From Trichoplax adhaerens (lineage: Eukaryota > Animalia > Placozoa), in the NCBI RefSeq assembly GCF_000150275.1, contig NW_002061059.1:1-13960 (forward strand): a stretch of DNA of 13,960 nucleotides, in the 5' to 3' direction. The notes below the pieces were generated by a model, which was given only the letters and a program-made list of their open reading frames with translations, was not told the origin of the DNA and ran no database searches. Positions 1 through 10,491 of this stretch are shown piece after piece. Position 1 is the first letter of the stretch; each line of letters starts with the position of its first letter. The translations under genes and the position numbers were made by a program.

Positions 1-104
1 TGTTCTTTTGCAGCACTGTACTTTGTTTTAAAGTAATATTGATCCAATGTCACATTTCTTCTCAAATAATTTTCCAAGCAGAGTTGATAAAAGTATTTCA
101 TACA

Positions 105-417
105 ATGGTTTTGAGCAAATACATCACCGATATCATCGATAAGGAATATCCGCAGATCTTGAGTGATGTCCCTTTAGTGGATATTGTATTCGATTTACGA
201 AGTATAGGGTTAATATCTGATGACGAAGTTGAAAAACTTAAAGATGGTTGCCAGAGTAATAAAGAAAGAATCTTTCATTTTATTAAAATACTAAAATCAA
301 GAAGCAATGACAACTATTTTCAGTTTTGCTGCATACTAAAGGATAGTCAAGTTACAAATATTCAAAATCTTGGTAGAAAATTAGAGATAGAAGCTAATGC
401 CTCGAGGAACGAACGCG
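105..417 (+). CDS. First coding exon: N-terminal death-fold domain, CARD-like
   Basis: ATG at 105; MVLSKYITDIIDKEYPQILSDVPLVDIVFDLRSIGLISDDEVEKLKDGCQSNKERIFHFIKILKSRSNDNYFQFCCILKDS matches the CARD pattern (L-x-x-x-G-L-I-S-x-x-E, R-x-x-x-F-I-x-I-L-x-x-R, Y-x-x-F-x-x-x-L). Donor G|GTAACA at 417/418. Confidence 0.85.
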
Positions 418-3400
418 GTAACAAAACTTGTTTTTAACAAATATTGTTGATTAATGTATAATTCTTGATGTTTATGGTATTATAAAATAAAGTTTGTAAT
501 ATATTTTTTCACCGTCATTAATTGTTGGCGATGAAAATATTACAGAATGTTCTCCTTATTCGCATTAAATGAAAGATCAATAATCCTAGTTATAAAATAT
601 CATTAAACTGTCACCAGTTCAGAAAGTATAGCTAGCCAAAGCCAAGCAATCGACAGCCAATATAAATTTACAAAAGCGTTATAATAAGCTTTCGCTAAAG
701 CATTCCAAAAATGTTGCTTACTTTATATTTAACATTCATGACTTATTTTCATATTAACTTAGAACACTCAAGAAATCCAAATCAGGCAGCGAATTACCAA
801 CATCAACCAAAGGAAAGGTAATAACGATAGTATACTGCAATAACGTAGAGTTCTGAAATTCGCAGAACTCGTTCTCTGTTTTACAAATTAGCCCATCACT
901 TTACTATGGAATTTCACTTTGTGTATTCTATATTTAAGATTAATGCAGATGCAAAAATGTATCTTACGGTTTTATTTTTAATCATTATGTACATAACCTC
1001 GCTCTCTTTATATATAATTGCTAGAAAATCCTATTTTGCGTCCTTTTGACGCCATAATGTCCAAGTTGTTCGGTATGATGGCGTCATTTCACACATCATC
1101 TTTGCCAATCGGTACGTTCTCTAAAGTTATAAATATTAATAATTCGCTATTTATTATTTAATTATTAAATCCTCCATTATACATAATTTATTCCACAAAT
1201 AGAAATCCCTCTTCGACAGCTTCCTCAAACTCCAGAGAGTCACTACGTTATAAGGAAGGATATTGTAGGCCAAATTTGTANNNNNNNNNNNNNNNNNNNN
1301 NNNNNNNNNNNNNNNNNNNNNNNNNNNNNNNNNNNNNNNNNNNNNNNNNNNNNNNNNNNNNNNNNNNNNNNNNNNNNNNNNNNNNNNNNNNNNNNNNNNN
1401 NNNNNNNNNNNNNNNNNNNNNNNNNNNNNNNNNNNNNNNTCAATGGCTGTCACTGCATGAAAATCGGTAAGTTTGCAAGTCTTATAGATGATATTTCAAG
1501 TATTAGTAAGTAATGTATTTGGGCGACTATTACTGTACAAATATCCATACAATATATCTGCAAAATCGATCAATTCGAATTTGGAGTAGAACATAAGCTT
1601 ACCCCGCCTGCTCCTTATCTACTTCGGACCGAAAGCATTTGCTAGTATCATTAGAAGAATTATAAGAAGTACGAGATGAGAACATTGTTCTTATGGAATC
1701 GATAGAAGTATTGCCAAGAGATAAATAAGTTCAAACCTTATTTTATGAGTAAATACCATCAAGTAGGCTACCATGTAATGATCATAGTTTTTAATTTTTC
1801 TATATTTAACGAGCTTCCAGTAAGATAACTTTAACTCGTAGTTCAATTATAATTATAAGAGCATTTCTTTCTATGAAAATAATGTAGCAAAACTAATTAC
1901 AGACTACGATATAGCAAAATAGTTGTCTTACCGCATTAAATGACGTTGAAAGTGATGACAATTTATAATTAATAGTACAGTAAAGTATACTTTCTAGTAT
2001 ATGAGAATCAACTATAAATTCCTATTCAAATTAATAAGTGTAACCTGATTTAAAAATCATGACACTGTGGAATTTTTCCCCTTATGAAAAATTTGGCTAT
2101 ATTTAACAAGCAGTGGAAAGTATTATGATTGGGTACTATTTTAGGCAATATTACGTCGAGAGATAAAATGAAATCAAACCATAATTTTGTTAGGGTTAGA
2201 TCTTTAGGGATTATCGATAAGTGGATTATCATGTTATTAACGAACCCTTTATCTACTGGAGCGAATAAAGTAAAGTGTTCTAAAATACAAGATGAGATGG
2301 GAAAAGAGATACATATTTGTTAGATCCTTTAAACTTAACTTTGTTGAAATGTACGCGCTGTCGAAGGTCGTTAAATTGCTATGCTTGTTTAAAGCAGCGA
2401 TGGTGATTCATATTTATCTTAATTTAGGCAATATATCTAATATCGAATTACGCCAGAAACTCAAGACATTAGGTATCAGACTTAATATAGAATGGAAAGA
2501 GAATATTCAATCTATGAGCGAGATTTGTGCTTATCTCAGTTCTAGTCTAGAAGGTGATTTTTGAGCCTTTTATAAGTAATTCCATGTCAACTTGAATTAT
2601 ATTTAAGGTACAGCATTAATAGGTATTTGATTATTCTTATAACAGCAAATCGCCGACTATCCGAGACGCTATTTATTTTTGACGATATCTGGAAAAAGGA
2701 TCATTACGAATACTTATCTTTTGCCAAGAAGTCAATCTCTACTTCACGATTTAAGTATCTAGAAAATGAGCTCGACCATCACTGCATCCGTTTACCGGTT
2801 AGTTTTGTAATTCAGTTTGTTATATATTGCAGTATAGTATTATAGTTGAAGAAAACTTCACCGCTATGATTTCTCTATTTTGTCATTAAGTAACCTATCC
2901 GAATAATTATGATGAATACAATTCTTATTTCATATACTCTCTTGTATAGGAAAATCTAACGTATGACGAAGCTATAGAACTGCTTGCGTTACTTGCCGGG
3001 AACGATAGTGATCAGATATTGCGTCAAAATCAAGTTATCAAGAATGTTATCGACAGTTGTCAAGGTTTACCATTAGCTATATCTTTAATTGGTCGTCTTG
3101 GTTTAAAAACTGATGAAGAGTGGAATAAAGCAAAGGATATCATTGCCGAAAAGTCTGCACCAACTAAATTAGCTCATTACGATTTCAATCTATACGGGAC
3201 TTTAGAATTAAGTGTTAATTCTTTGGATAATGAGAATAGACGATTATTTGAGCAACTAGCTGTATTTAAGCGAGTTAGTATTCCTATTCAATCTGTTGCA
3301 GCGTTATGGGACTGCGAAAAATCGGCAGCTCATCTTCACTTAAGCGAAATGAATAACAAATCATTACTTACATATGATGCAAAAAAGTAAGTATAATCAG

Positions 3401-6400
3401 GTTTCGGTTCGTAGAACGTATTGAAATAGACACAAAGTAAAATTGCTATACACTTAGAGCATTAATCATGTTTGAAAACTAATTATTTTTTAATTTTGGG
3501 TTAGCGTAGAATACTGCATATCCAAGTTAAGTTAGTTGAGTGATGTCCAATTTTGCAATGCTTTATATTTTAATATTCAAAGCATGACCTAGTGTGTCCT
3601 TGTAGGCATATATAGTTCTAGATATAGAATGAACAGATTGATAAGTATTTTAAAGTGATTGTGATTGTACAGTACTTGCATGTCGAATAAGCTATCATAT
3701 ATCAGCTTTATGTTAATTTTGGTTAGGATATATGCAATCTGTAACATACAGAGCATAATACTTTTTATCTACTTGTTAATATATTTGGGTTCTATCACGA
3801 TTTATAAAAAGGTCATACTAGTTACGATAATTGCGTATTCTATGTTTTGACGACTGTACATAGGCTGCTTTATTAATTCTGCAAATACTGTATAGAATAT
3901 GAATATGAATCGTTAGTTGTAGGTTGATAATATTGCGCTATTAGTTTTGTCTCCTTTTTTATCTACTAAATCATCATTATCACCATATTAAGGTTACTAG
4001 TAAAATTTGAAGTTGTGACGCTTTCACTTCCATCATTAATAATGCAAGTATTATATTGTGAAGTATAAATTGTCTTACCTAACGTAGTCAATCAGCTTTT
4101 ACTATTTTCCTCTTCCATCTTCAAGTGATCTACGAATGTATGTCTACAAAGCAAGCCTTGTATACACACTGCACATTGCACACAATATTTACACAGTAAA
4201 TTGAGTTCTAAGCCTCTTCCATAAGGCTCTCTTTCTCTTTTAGTGATAACTAGCCAATAACTACTTTTATTTAATTAATCTGTTCTATTAGCTACTGTTT
4301 AGTTTGATAGTAAATTATGATTTGCTATCGTCTAAAGTAATTTGATTCTGTAATCCAATTCATCTGCAATGACTATCCAATATGTTCTTCTCAATAATCG
4401 AGCCAGTGCTATTCAATACATAGTTTTATATACGCTATAATTGTATCTATTCTCAATGCAGTGCTACAATCGATAGCCTTGAATTGACTACTGTAAATAG
4501 TATTAATCCCATTGATTTCCCTTACTTTGTCAAGATCGCACTGTGTTCTACACGATTTGATGGTCGACTATCTACAGCAACGACTCTACTCGCACAATTC
4601 TAACCAAGATTATCGCAAGAGTCTAAACAAAATGTTGATCGATGGTTACCGTAAGCAGTACGATGGAAAGTGAAATACCTTCCCTGATGATGGCTATTTC
4701 TATCCCAATCTTATTTATCATGCTTTAATAGCTGAAAATGATGAAGATCTTCAAAGTATTATGACCGATTTCGATTGGATGAAACATAAAATTGAAATAG
4801 ACAGGACGATCTATAACCTAGACTGCGATTTAACAAACTACATCGACTATCTAAATGAAAGAAATAAGGTTGGATACTGAATTGATGTTAGTTAATTCAA
4901 TAGAATGAAAAAATTGATTACTTTCATCTCTGTATACCATGGATAAATAACAACTGTGTACAAATGATTCCATCATCCATTTTTTGGTGTAGATTGTTCA
5001 AGGTAGTGATTAATGATATAACATGTAGAAATCCTAGTTACTTACGCCACCTGGTATTGGTATTTGCAGTTTTCAAACTGACGATCTACTTTGTACAAAT
5101 CGGGCTGCGTCATTTTTATCACTATACAAGTATTTGCATGCTTAAAGTGTAGTTGGACAGTCGCTTTTACTAATGTCCATATTTTATCATGTTTTGATTA
5201 ACGTAATAAATGATCACGCCGTCGCTTAATGACTTAATATGCGGCAATACAATAATAGCAAGATGGAGAGTCCTATTGAGTTGGGTTAGGGATGCTATTT
5301 ATGCTTCATGGACGAATTGATCACGTTACTCCTCACTTTTTCGGTTACTTGTACAGTAGAATATAAGGTAGCAGTCCGTCATCATCATGTCGCTGAAGAG
5401 ATTGAGGCAGAAAATAAACTTGTAATTGCTACTAAGGACTAAGACATGACTTTGGTAACTAGGCGAAGATTGTGAAATAGTCTTGATAGCTGATTTACAA
5501 TTGACCATAATTACTCCTGCCACAAGTTACTTCTAGACATTGTAAAGCCAGCACTGTCAATACTACTCATGTTTATAATTATAAATTGACTGCTAGTCAT
5601 TCCAGCGCTTTCTTTCAAAATACGACTAATTTCGTTTTAATGGTTAATTTGCATTCAGAACTGGGAGGATTTCGATCAACTCAAGCAGCTTCTCAAGCAG
5701 CGACAACCTTGGCTAGATGTAAACAAAAGTAATGTCCTTCAAATGATCTTGTGGTTTGGCATGTCAGATAGTTGGATAAAACAGCGAGCTTTGGAATTAG
5801 CTAAGGAAAATGTGCGAAATGGTGAAAGTTATTGGAGCATGTCAAGGTAAGTAAACAACTTCCAATTTCATCAATCCATAGCAGTACTACCTACTGTAAT
5901 TTACATTATACTGTCGATTCTGACTTGCAAATAGGTGTTCAACTAGTGCAACAACTCGATGTACTTATGATGCATGCAAAGCAATCGGTAAGAATCGCGG
6001 CGATGACCATATATCAGTTTCGAATCCCGACTTTGGACCTTTGCGAATAATTGGTACTCAAAATAATTATGAAGAAGACTGCCAAATTGTGGTATGTTAA
6101 AATACAATAATATAACGGCAAAGGCCAAGAATTAGAATTGACTATGGTTGAACTAGTGCTGAAAATACAATCCAATCAGCCATAGACTGCCAATAAAATC
6201 AATGCTGATTACTCGTTACTCTATCATGTCATTCATGTCAATTCATGTCTTGCTCACTATCGCAATTGCTTTAATAGATTGAAGATTATCAAACATCACA
6301 AACTGTGCTTGAAATATCAAAACCAAGCATGTATATTAGAGAAGTTGAAATCTCAGCTGACGGTCGGACTGCAGCCTTCCTGCAATTAAGCAGAAAGGTA

Positions 6401-9252
6401 GCACATTGCAATTAGAGTAGGATTGAGTTGATGGTAAGTTAATTCGCCATTCATTTGTTGAATATTCTTAGCACGAGTGGATCGTTTACGATCTCGATAA
6501 AAATGAAGATATAAGCTTTGCCCAAAACGATCAAGGGGAAGGCGTTAACACTGACTTTGATTCCGTACAATTTTGCCCTGCTCAATCTCAAACCCAAGTG
6601 ATCATGACACTCTCTGGAGATTTCCGTGAAGTTAGGGTTAGCAGTGAATATGAGTTTAAGCGAATATTAATTAAGTACGCCAAGTGATCGAAAACTGTTG
6701 TGTTCAACTGTTGTTGTGCTACGTATTATTAGATTTGGAAGATTGAGGGGAATTGTATTAGACCTACAAATAAGCAAATATCACGCCAATACAAAATAGA
6801 ATATTGTCGATGGGTACTAGTGCAAGATAGTGCTTGTGTCTTGTTGTGGGAAGAATATCGAAGTCAACGAGGGAAGTTTGAAGACTATGAACGTGACGAT
6901 CCGGAAAAGTGGATTAATGAATGTCAAATTGAAGTAAGCTACCATTGACTAAATGCAGTAAAGTCAAATATCGTCTCTTAGATCCAATTGATAAAAGCTA
7001 TTTGTATCAATTTGATGGATAGATGTGGAATGCACAGCAATGGACTTGTCGATCATTCAAAGTACCTGCTTTCATCCATGCAAAGGATGATGATCGGTAC
7101 TTTGCTACCAATGATTTTCAACATGGCTTGCCCTTAAGGTACATCAACATCTACCGTGATGCAGCCTATATGATATTGTCATACACCAGCTCTAGAAGTA
7201 GTACAATTGGTCTGTTAAAAATGGAACAAGATATCGAATTTCAAAATCAGTTTCGGCCAATATTACATGATGTTGGAAACGTTGTTGATATTTTGGTATC
7301 AGGCGATCAGTCAATGATCGCTATTGACTGTTTTAAGAAGGTTAGTGCAATATTGGGTTACTCATATTGATAATGCGTCATAAAGTAGATCAGCATAGTA
7401 TTTTATTGTGCAGTAATATAAGTCCTATATTGTAATACTGTAATATGTAGAAACTCATACTCAAAATGAGTTGTGATCAAGTCCAATCTCGTGCTAGAGT
7501 TGATCAATATGGTCGATCAATGTTTATTCCTGGTAGTAATCGATTGCTTATTTATGATGAACCTAATGTATATGAATATAATTTACAAGGTAAGACACGA
7601 CGGTTGTACAACAACTCTAATTTAATCATGCATACATTCATGGTCACAATCGTTTTTATTAAACTAAGGCGATAAAATTGCTTGGCAAGATATCTCTCAA
7701 ACAAAATCAGTTGATCTTGAAAGACCCCAACGTAACCACAAAACTACCGTCAACACATTTAATGTAGGTTAAGCTTTCATCAACACTAGTAGCTCTATCG
7801 ACTTTGTTCAATCCTCTGCTCAATTGAATTGAATTGGACAATATTGATTGGTTACAGCTGATCGAGTTTGTAGGTATAGAAGATTGTAGAAAGTACAGGG
7901 AATTAATCAATGGAATACTTGCAGAAGAATCGATTGCTGAAGATGGGATACGCTTCAGATATAGAAAGAAGGATTACATACTCATTCTCTTTCCTGTATG
8001 TTGAAAATACCAGTTTGAAGTTTGTATGAAAATGACGGTAGTATTATTTAGAAGAAGATGATGAAAATCAGAATGCTTATTAGCTAACATAAGAAGTTGT
8101 TGAAGTGATTTTACAATTACGTTGGAGGTCAATTGGTCGAAGGATTCATTTATTTGATTTATTTTAGAGATTCCCCTCATACGTAATAACTGTTAACCTT
8201 ACGACCGGAAAGAAGAGCGTTTATCGACTGACATTGAGTGATTATGCTCGTGTTGTGTATGTTGATGATGATTATCTTTATGTTTGGGAAAGAAAGGAAG
8301 ATGATGCATGTAGCTTGAAAGTAAGCTTGAATAATTTATTTCCATGTAATTTCCATTCTAAACTCGAACCATCTATAAATTGACTGTTCAGTTTCATGTC
8401 GAAAATAGCCTTGAATGTCGACTTTGAAGTCTATTGCAAATGGAGACGAACAATAACGACATTTCTAACTTGAATTTATTGTAGTGTTACAAGTTTGGGG
8501 ATGGTGAACATCGTACGCAATTACTGCAAAATATTGAGTATCAAAGGAAGGAAGGATTAATCAGTAAAATAATGATGAATTCTAACTCTAATCAACCTGC
8601 TGCGGTTGGACATTCGCCTCTTCGTGTGAATAAAGAAAAATTAGTAGATGTATGGGGAGAGAAAGATGCCGAAATGATTGCTAATGTACCAGTAAGTCAT
8701 AATGATCGCAGGGATATGATCAATATGGAAATGAGTTGGAAGGAGGATGACAACGACTGTAATGAGTTGATTATAATATGAGCTCTACTCTAGTCCATAG
8801 CTAATCGTTACATTCCATTAAATTCATTATAGGGTTTCGACGATCTTTTGCTACTACTGGAAAATGGAGACCATATAGCAGTAAGACAACGATAACTGGA
8901 TACAGTCAATGTGACATCGTCATTGTTGAACGTAGGTTGTGCTAATCATAAAATTCAATACCTATAGATACTCGACCAAGATGGAAATTTATGCATGAAA
9001 AGATACAAAGACAAAATCAAATACTTCCATCATATCACACAATTCTTCAACCATGAAAATCTATGGTCGGACAAGCAGTTAATCCTATATCAAAATCGAT
9101 CTAGTTTGAATATTTATAGCCCCCAAACACAAATTACTCTACCATTCCGTCACTTCAGAATATGGGACATGCAATGGAATCTTCAACACTCTCAACTCAT
9201 CATCAGGAGTGATCAGGATTACTGCTTAGTAACCCCAGTGAAAAAGACATGA
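105..9252 (+). CDS. APAF1-like: Apaf-1/CED-4-like STAND NTPase (CARD - NB-ARC - helical domains - divergent beta-propeller), ~20 exons, with one internal TGA (possible pseudogene, truncated allele or sequence error)
   Basis: Manual GT-AG exon chain with consistent phases: 105-417, 1025-1072, 1203-1466 (spans N gap), 2428-2553, 2646-2797, 2950-3386, 4535-4868, 5659-5846, 5935-6091, 6278-6397, 6472-6636, 6733-6933, 7023-7340, 7451-7589, 7669-7763, 7858-7995, 8168-8320, 8485-8691, 8833-8880, 8968-9252. This gives ~1295 aa if the gap size is right and no linker exons are missed. Apaf-1-type motifs occur in the expected order: LPQTPESHYVIR, NGCHCMKIG, TLFIFDDIW, STSR, CQGLPLAISLIG, LHDL, DFDWMKHK. 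Confidence 0.88.
1203..3386 (+). CDS. NB-ARC exons of the Apaf-1-like gene (1203-1466, 2428-2553, 2646-2797, 2950-3386)
   Basis: Pre-P-loop segment EIPLRQLPQTPESHYVIRKDIVGQIC, post-P-loop NGCHCMKIG (cf. Apaf-1 GGVHWVSVG), Walker B TLFIFDDIW, sensor-1 SISTSR, GxP motif CQGLPLAISLIG, and LELSVNSL...FEQLAVF...IPIQSVAALW...NKSLL. Confidence 0.9.
1281..1439. other. Assembly gap (159 N) inside the P-loop exon
   Basis: Run of N from 1281 to 1439. The flanking coding frames are in register across it (codon starts at 1280 and 1442). Confidence 0.99.
4535..5846 (+). CDS. Winged-helix end / helical domain 2 exons (4535-4868, 5659-5846); the first contains an in-frame TGA at 4671-4673
   Basis: SHCVLHDLMVDYLQQR...LIDGYRKQYDGK*NTFPDDGYFYPNLIYHALIAE...IMTDFDWMKHKIE...LDCDLTNYIDYL, then NWEDFDQLKQLLKQ...VLQMILWF...IKQRALELAKE. 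Resembles Apaf-1 LHDLQ..., Y..L.YH, ..DW.K.K and ..Q..L..P motifs. These exons are absent from the supplied ORF track. Confidence 0.85.
5935..9252 (+). CDS. C-terminal ~675-aa beta-strand-rich region, probable degenerate WD40/beta-propeller sensor (12 exons)
   Basis: Blade-like motifs IREVEISADGRTAAF, WIVYDL, SVQFCP...IMTLSGDFREVRIWKI, IEMWNAQ, VVDILVSGDQSMIAI, FIPGSNRLLIYD, IWDMQWNLQHSQLII. Position and length match the Apaf-1 WD40 region. Stop TGA at 9250-9252. Confidence 0.7.
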
Positions 9253-9315
9253 TATTTGCATGAAATGTAAATCTAATCTTGTATCTTATACCCAATGCAA
9301 TTTAACGAGAGTGAC

Positions 9316-9321
9316 AATAAA
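9316..9321 (+). terminator. Candidate polyadenylation signal AATAAA of the Apaf-1-like gene
   Basis: AATAAA about 64 nt after the stop codon. It is repeated at 9717 in the next repeat unit. Confidence 0.4.
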
Positions 9322-10242
9322 CTAAGTCAATATTACTTCCATAATCAATGAAGATGATTGATGTGTATAGTGTACAGATGGATAAAGTATACCCCAATGT
9401 CAGTAAAACCAATACCCAAAAATAAATATAGCAAAGCATGATTAAAAGTAGTCTATGTCTAGTCTATGGTCAATGCTATTGCTGAGTTAGTTTAATGTCT
9501 ATTACAAATCGTAGTCAAAGAGCGACTTGAAAGAGAAAATGTAAACATCTGTAACAAAACATTGGTAAAATAGGAGGAGAACATAAAGATCAACATAGGG
9601 ATGGAGAAAATGGATTGCATAATTGCAGCCTATCTATCATTAAGCATCCCATCTAGTCTAAAGTAGATATTGATGACAGTCTTGTAATACTGTAGATGGC
9701 GATCTCTTCAGCTATTAATAAACTAAATTAACATCACATCTATCAATCAAGATGATGGATGTGTGTACTGTACAGATGGATAAAGTATACCCCTAATGCC
9801 AGTAAAACCAATACCAAAAAATAAATAAAGGAAAACACCATTGCATATTCGTCCATGGGGCGAATGCAATGGTTGAGTTGGTTCAATTCCAATTATAAAT
9901 GGTAGTGAAAGAGAGATTTGAAGAGAAAACGAAAACATTTGTAAAAAGATTCAGGATTAACATGAAAGTAAAATAGGATGAGAAAATAAAAATAGGGATA
10001 AAGAAAATGATTTGCGAAATTGCAGTCTATCATGGACTTTCTCGTCAATTATAAAGCAAACCCCAATAGTCAGTTCAACCAATACCCAAAAATAAATCAA
10101 AACAAAATTAATAGTATTGCAATCAATGCAATTGTGCAGCTAGTTCAATGTTTATTGCAAATTGCAGTAAAAGACGGACTTGAAAGAGAAACAATCTCAC
10201 CAAGTTCTTGGTCAAAATAGCATGAGAAGATAAAATAGTCAA
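9316..10242. repeat. Diverged tandem repeat family 1: two ~320-nt copies with ~400-nt period (9316-9640, 9717-10033) plus a partial third copy (~10060-10242)
   Basis: Identical 25-mer TGTACAGATGGATAAAGTATACCCC at 9371 and 9769. ACCAATACC(C/A)AAAAATAAAT occurs in all three copies. Shared GA(C/T)TTGAA(A)GAGAAA, AAAATAG.A.GAGAA and AATTGCAG.CTATC blocks. Confidence 0.9.
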
Positions 10243-10491
10243 TGTATTTGGTACAACATTTCTGCTAGCAAAGGCGATCATGACTGGAAGGGATATTGCA
10301 AAAAGAAAATCGTCTTACCTTGTTGTCCATGTTGTCTTCCACTTTTTCCCGACCCCAAAGGTGAGATTGCCTGCTTGCATTCTGTTTCTCACCTTGCTAT
10401 CCACAGTTTATAAGGTAAAATAGTAATTTAATTAATTAAAAATTAATTTTAATTTTGAAATAGTAATTTCACTTAGAGCCAGGAACAGTTG

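Noticed and set aside
39-104. N-terminal extension of ORF 39..437 from a TTG start
   Set aside because: Eukaryotic gene; the ATG at 105 in ACAATGG context begins the CARD. The ORF's last codons run into the intron.
1154-1470. Three ORFs spanning the N run
   Set aside because: Artefacts of Ns lacking stop codons; the real coding frame is a different plus-strand frame.
4671-4673. TGA as selenocysteine or an alternative genetic code
   Set aside because: The position looks like Trp rather than Cys, all other Trp codons in the gene are TGG, the terminal stop is itself TGA, and I could not identify a SECIS element by eye.
1921-5050. Minus-strand donor-like sites (CTTAC at ~1928, ~4075, ~5041) in the large introns as an antisense nested coding gene
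   Set aside because: The candidate exon upstream of the ~4078 site has stops in all three frames, no consistent exon chain could be built, and such 6-mers are expected by chance.
3665-5523. Short ORFs 3665-3850, 4964-5152 and 5326-5523 as nested genes
   Set aside because: Low-complexity AT-rich intronic translations with no recognisable motifs.
6224-6250. Short TCATGTCA(A)T triplet repeat
   Set aside because: Ordinary intronic slippage microrepeat.
10319-10370. Minus-strand SPLGSGKS as a displaced P-loop
   Set aside because: Wrong strand and position for the NB-ARC gene, no preceding hydrophobic beta-strand context, and no extended ORF.
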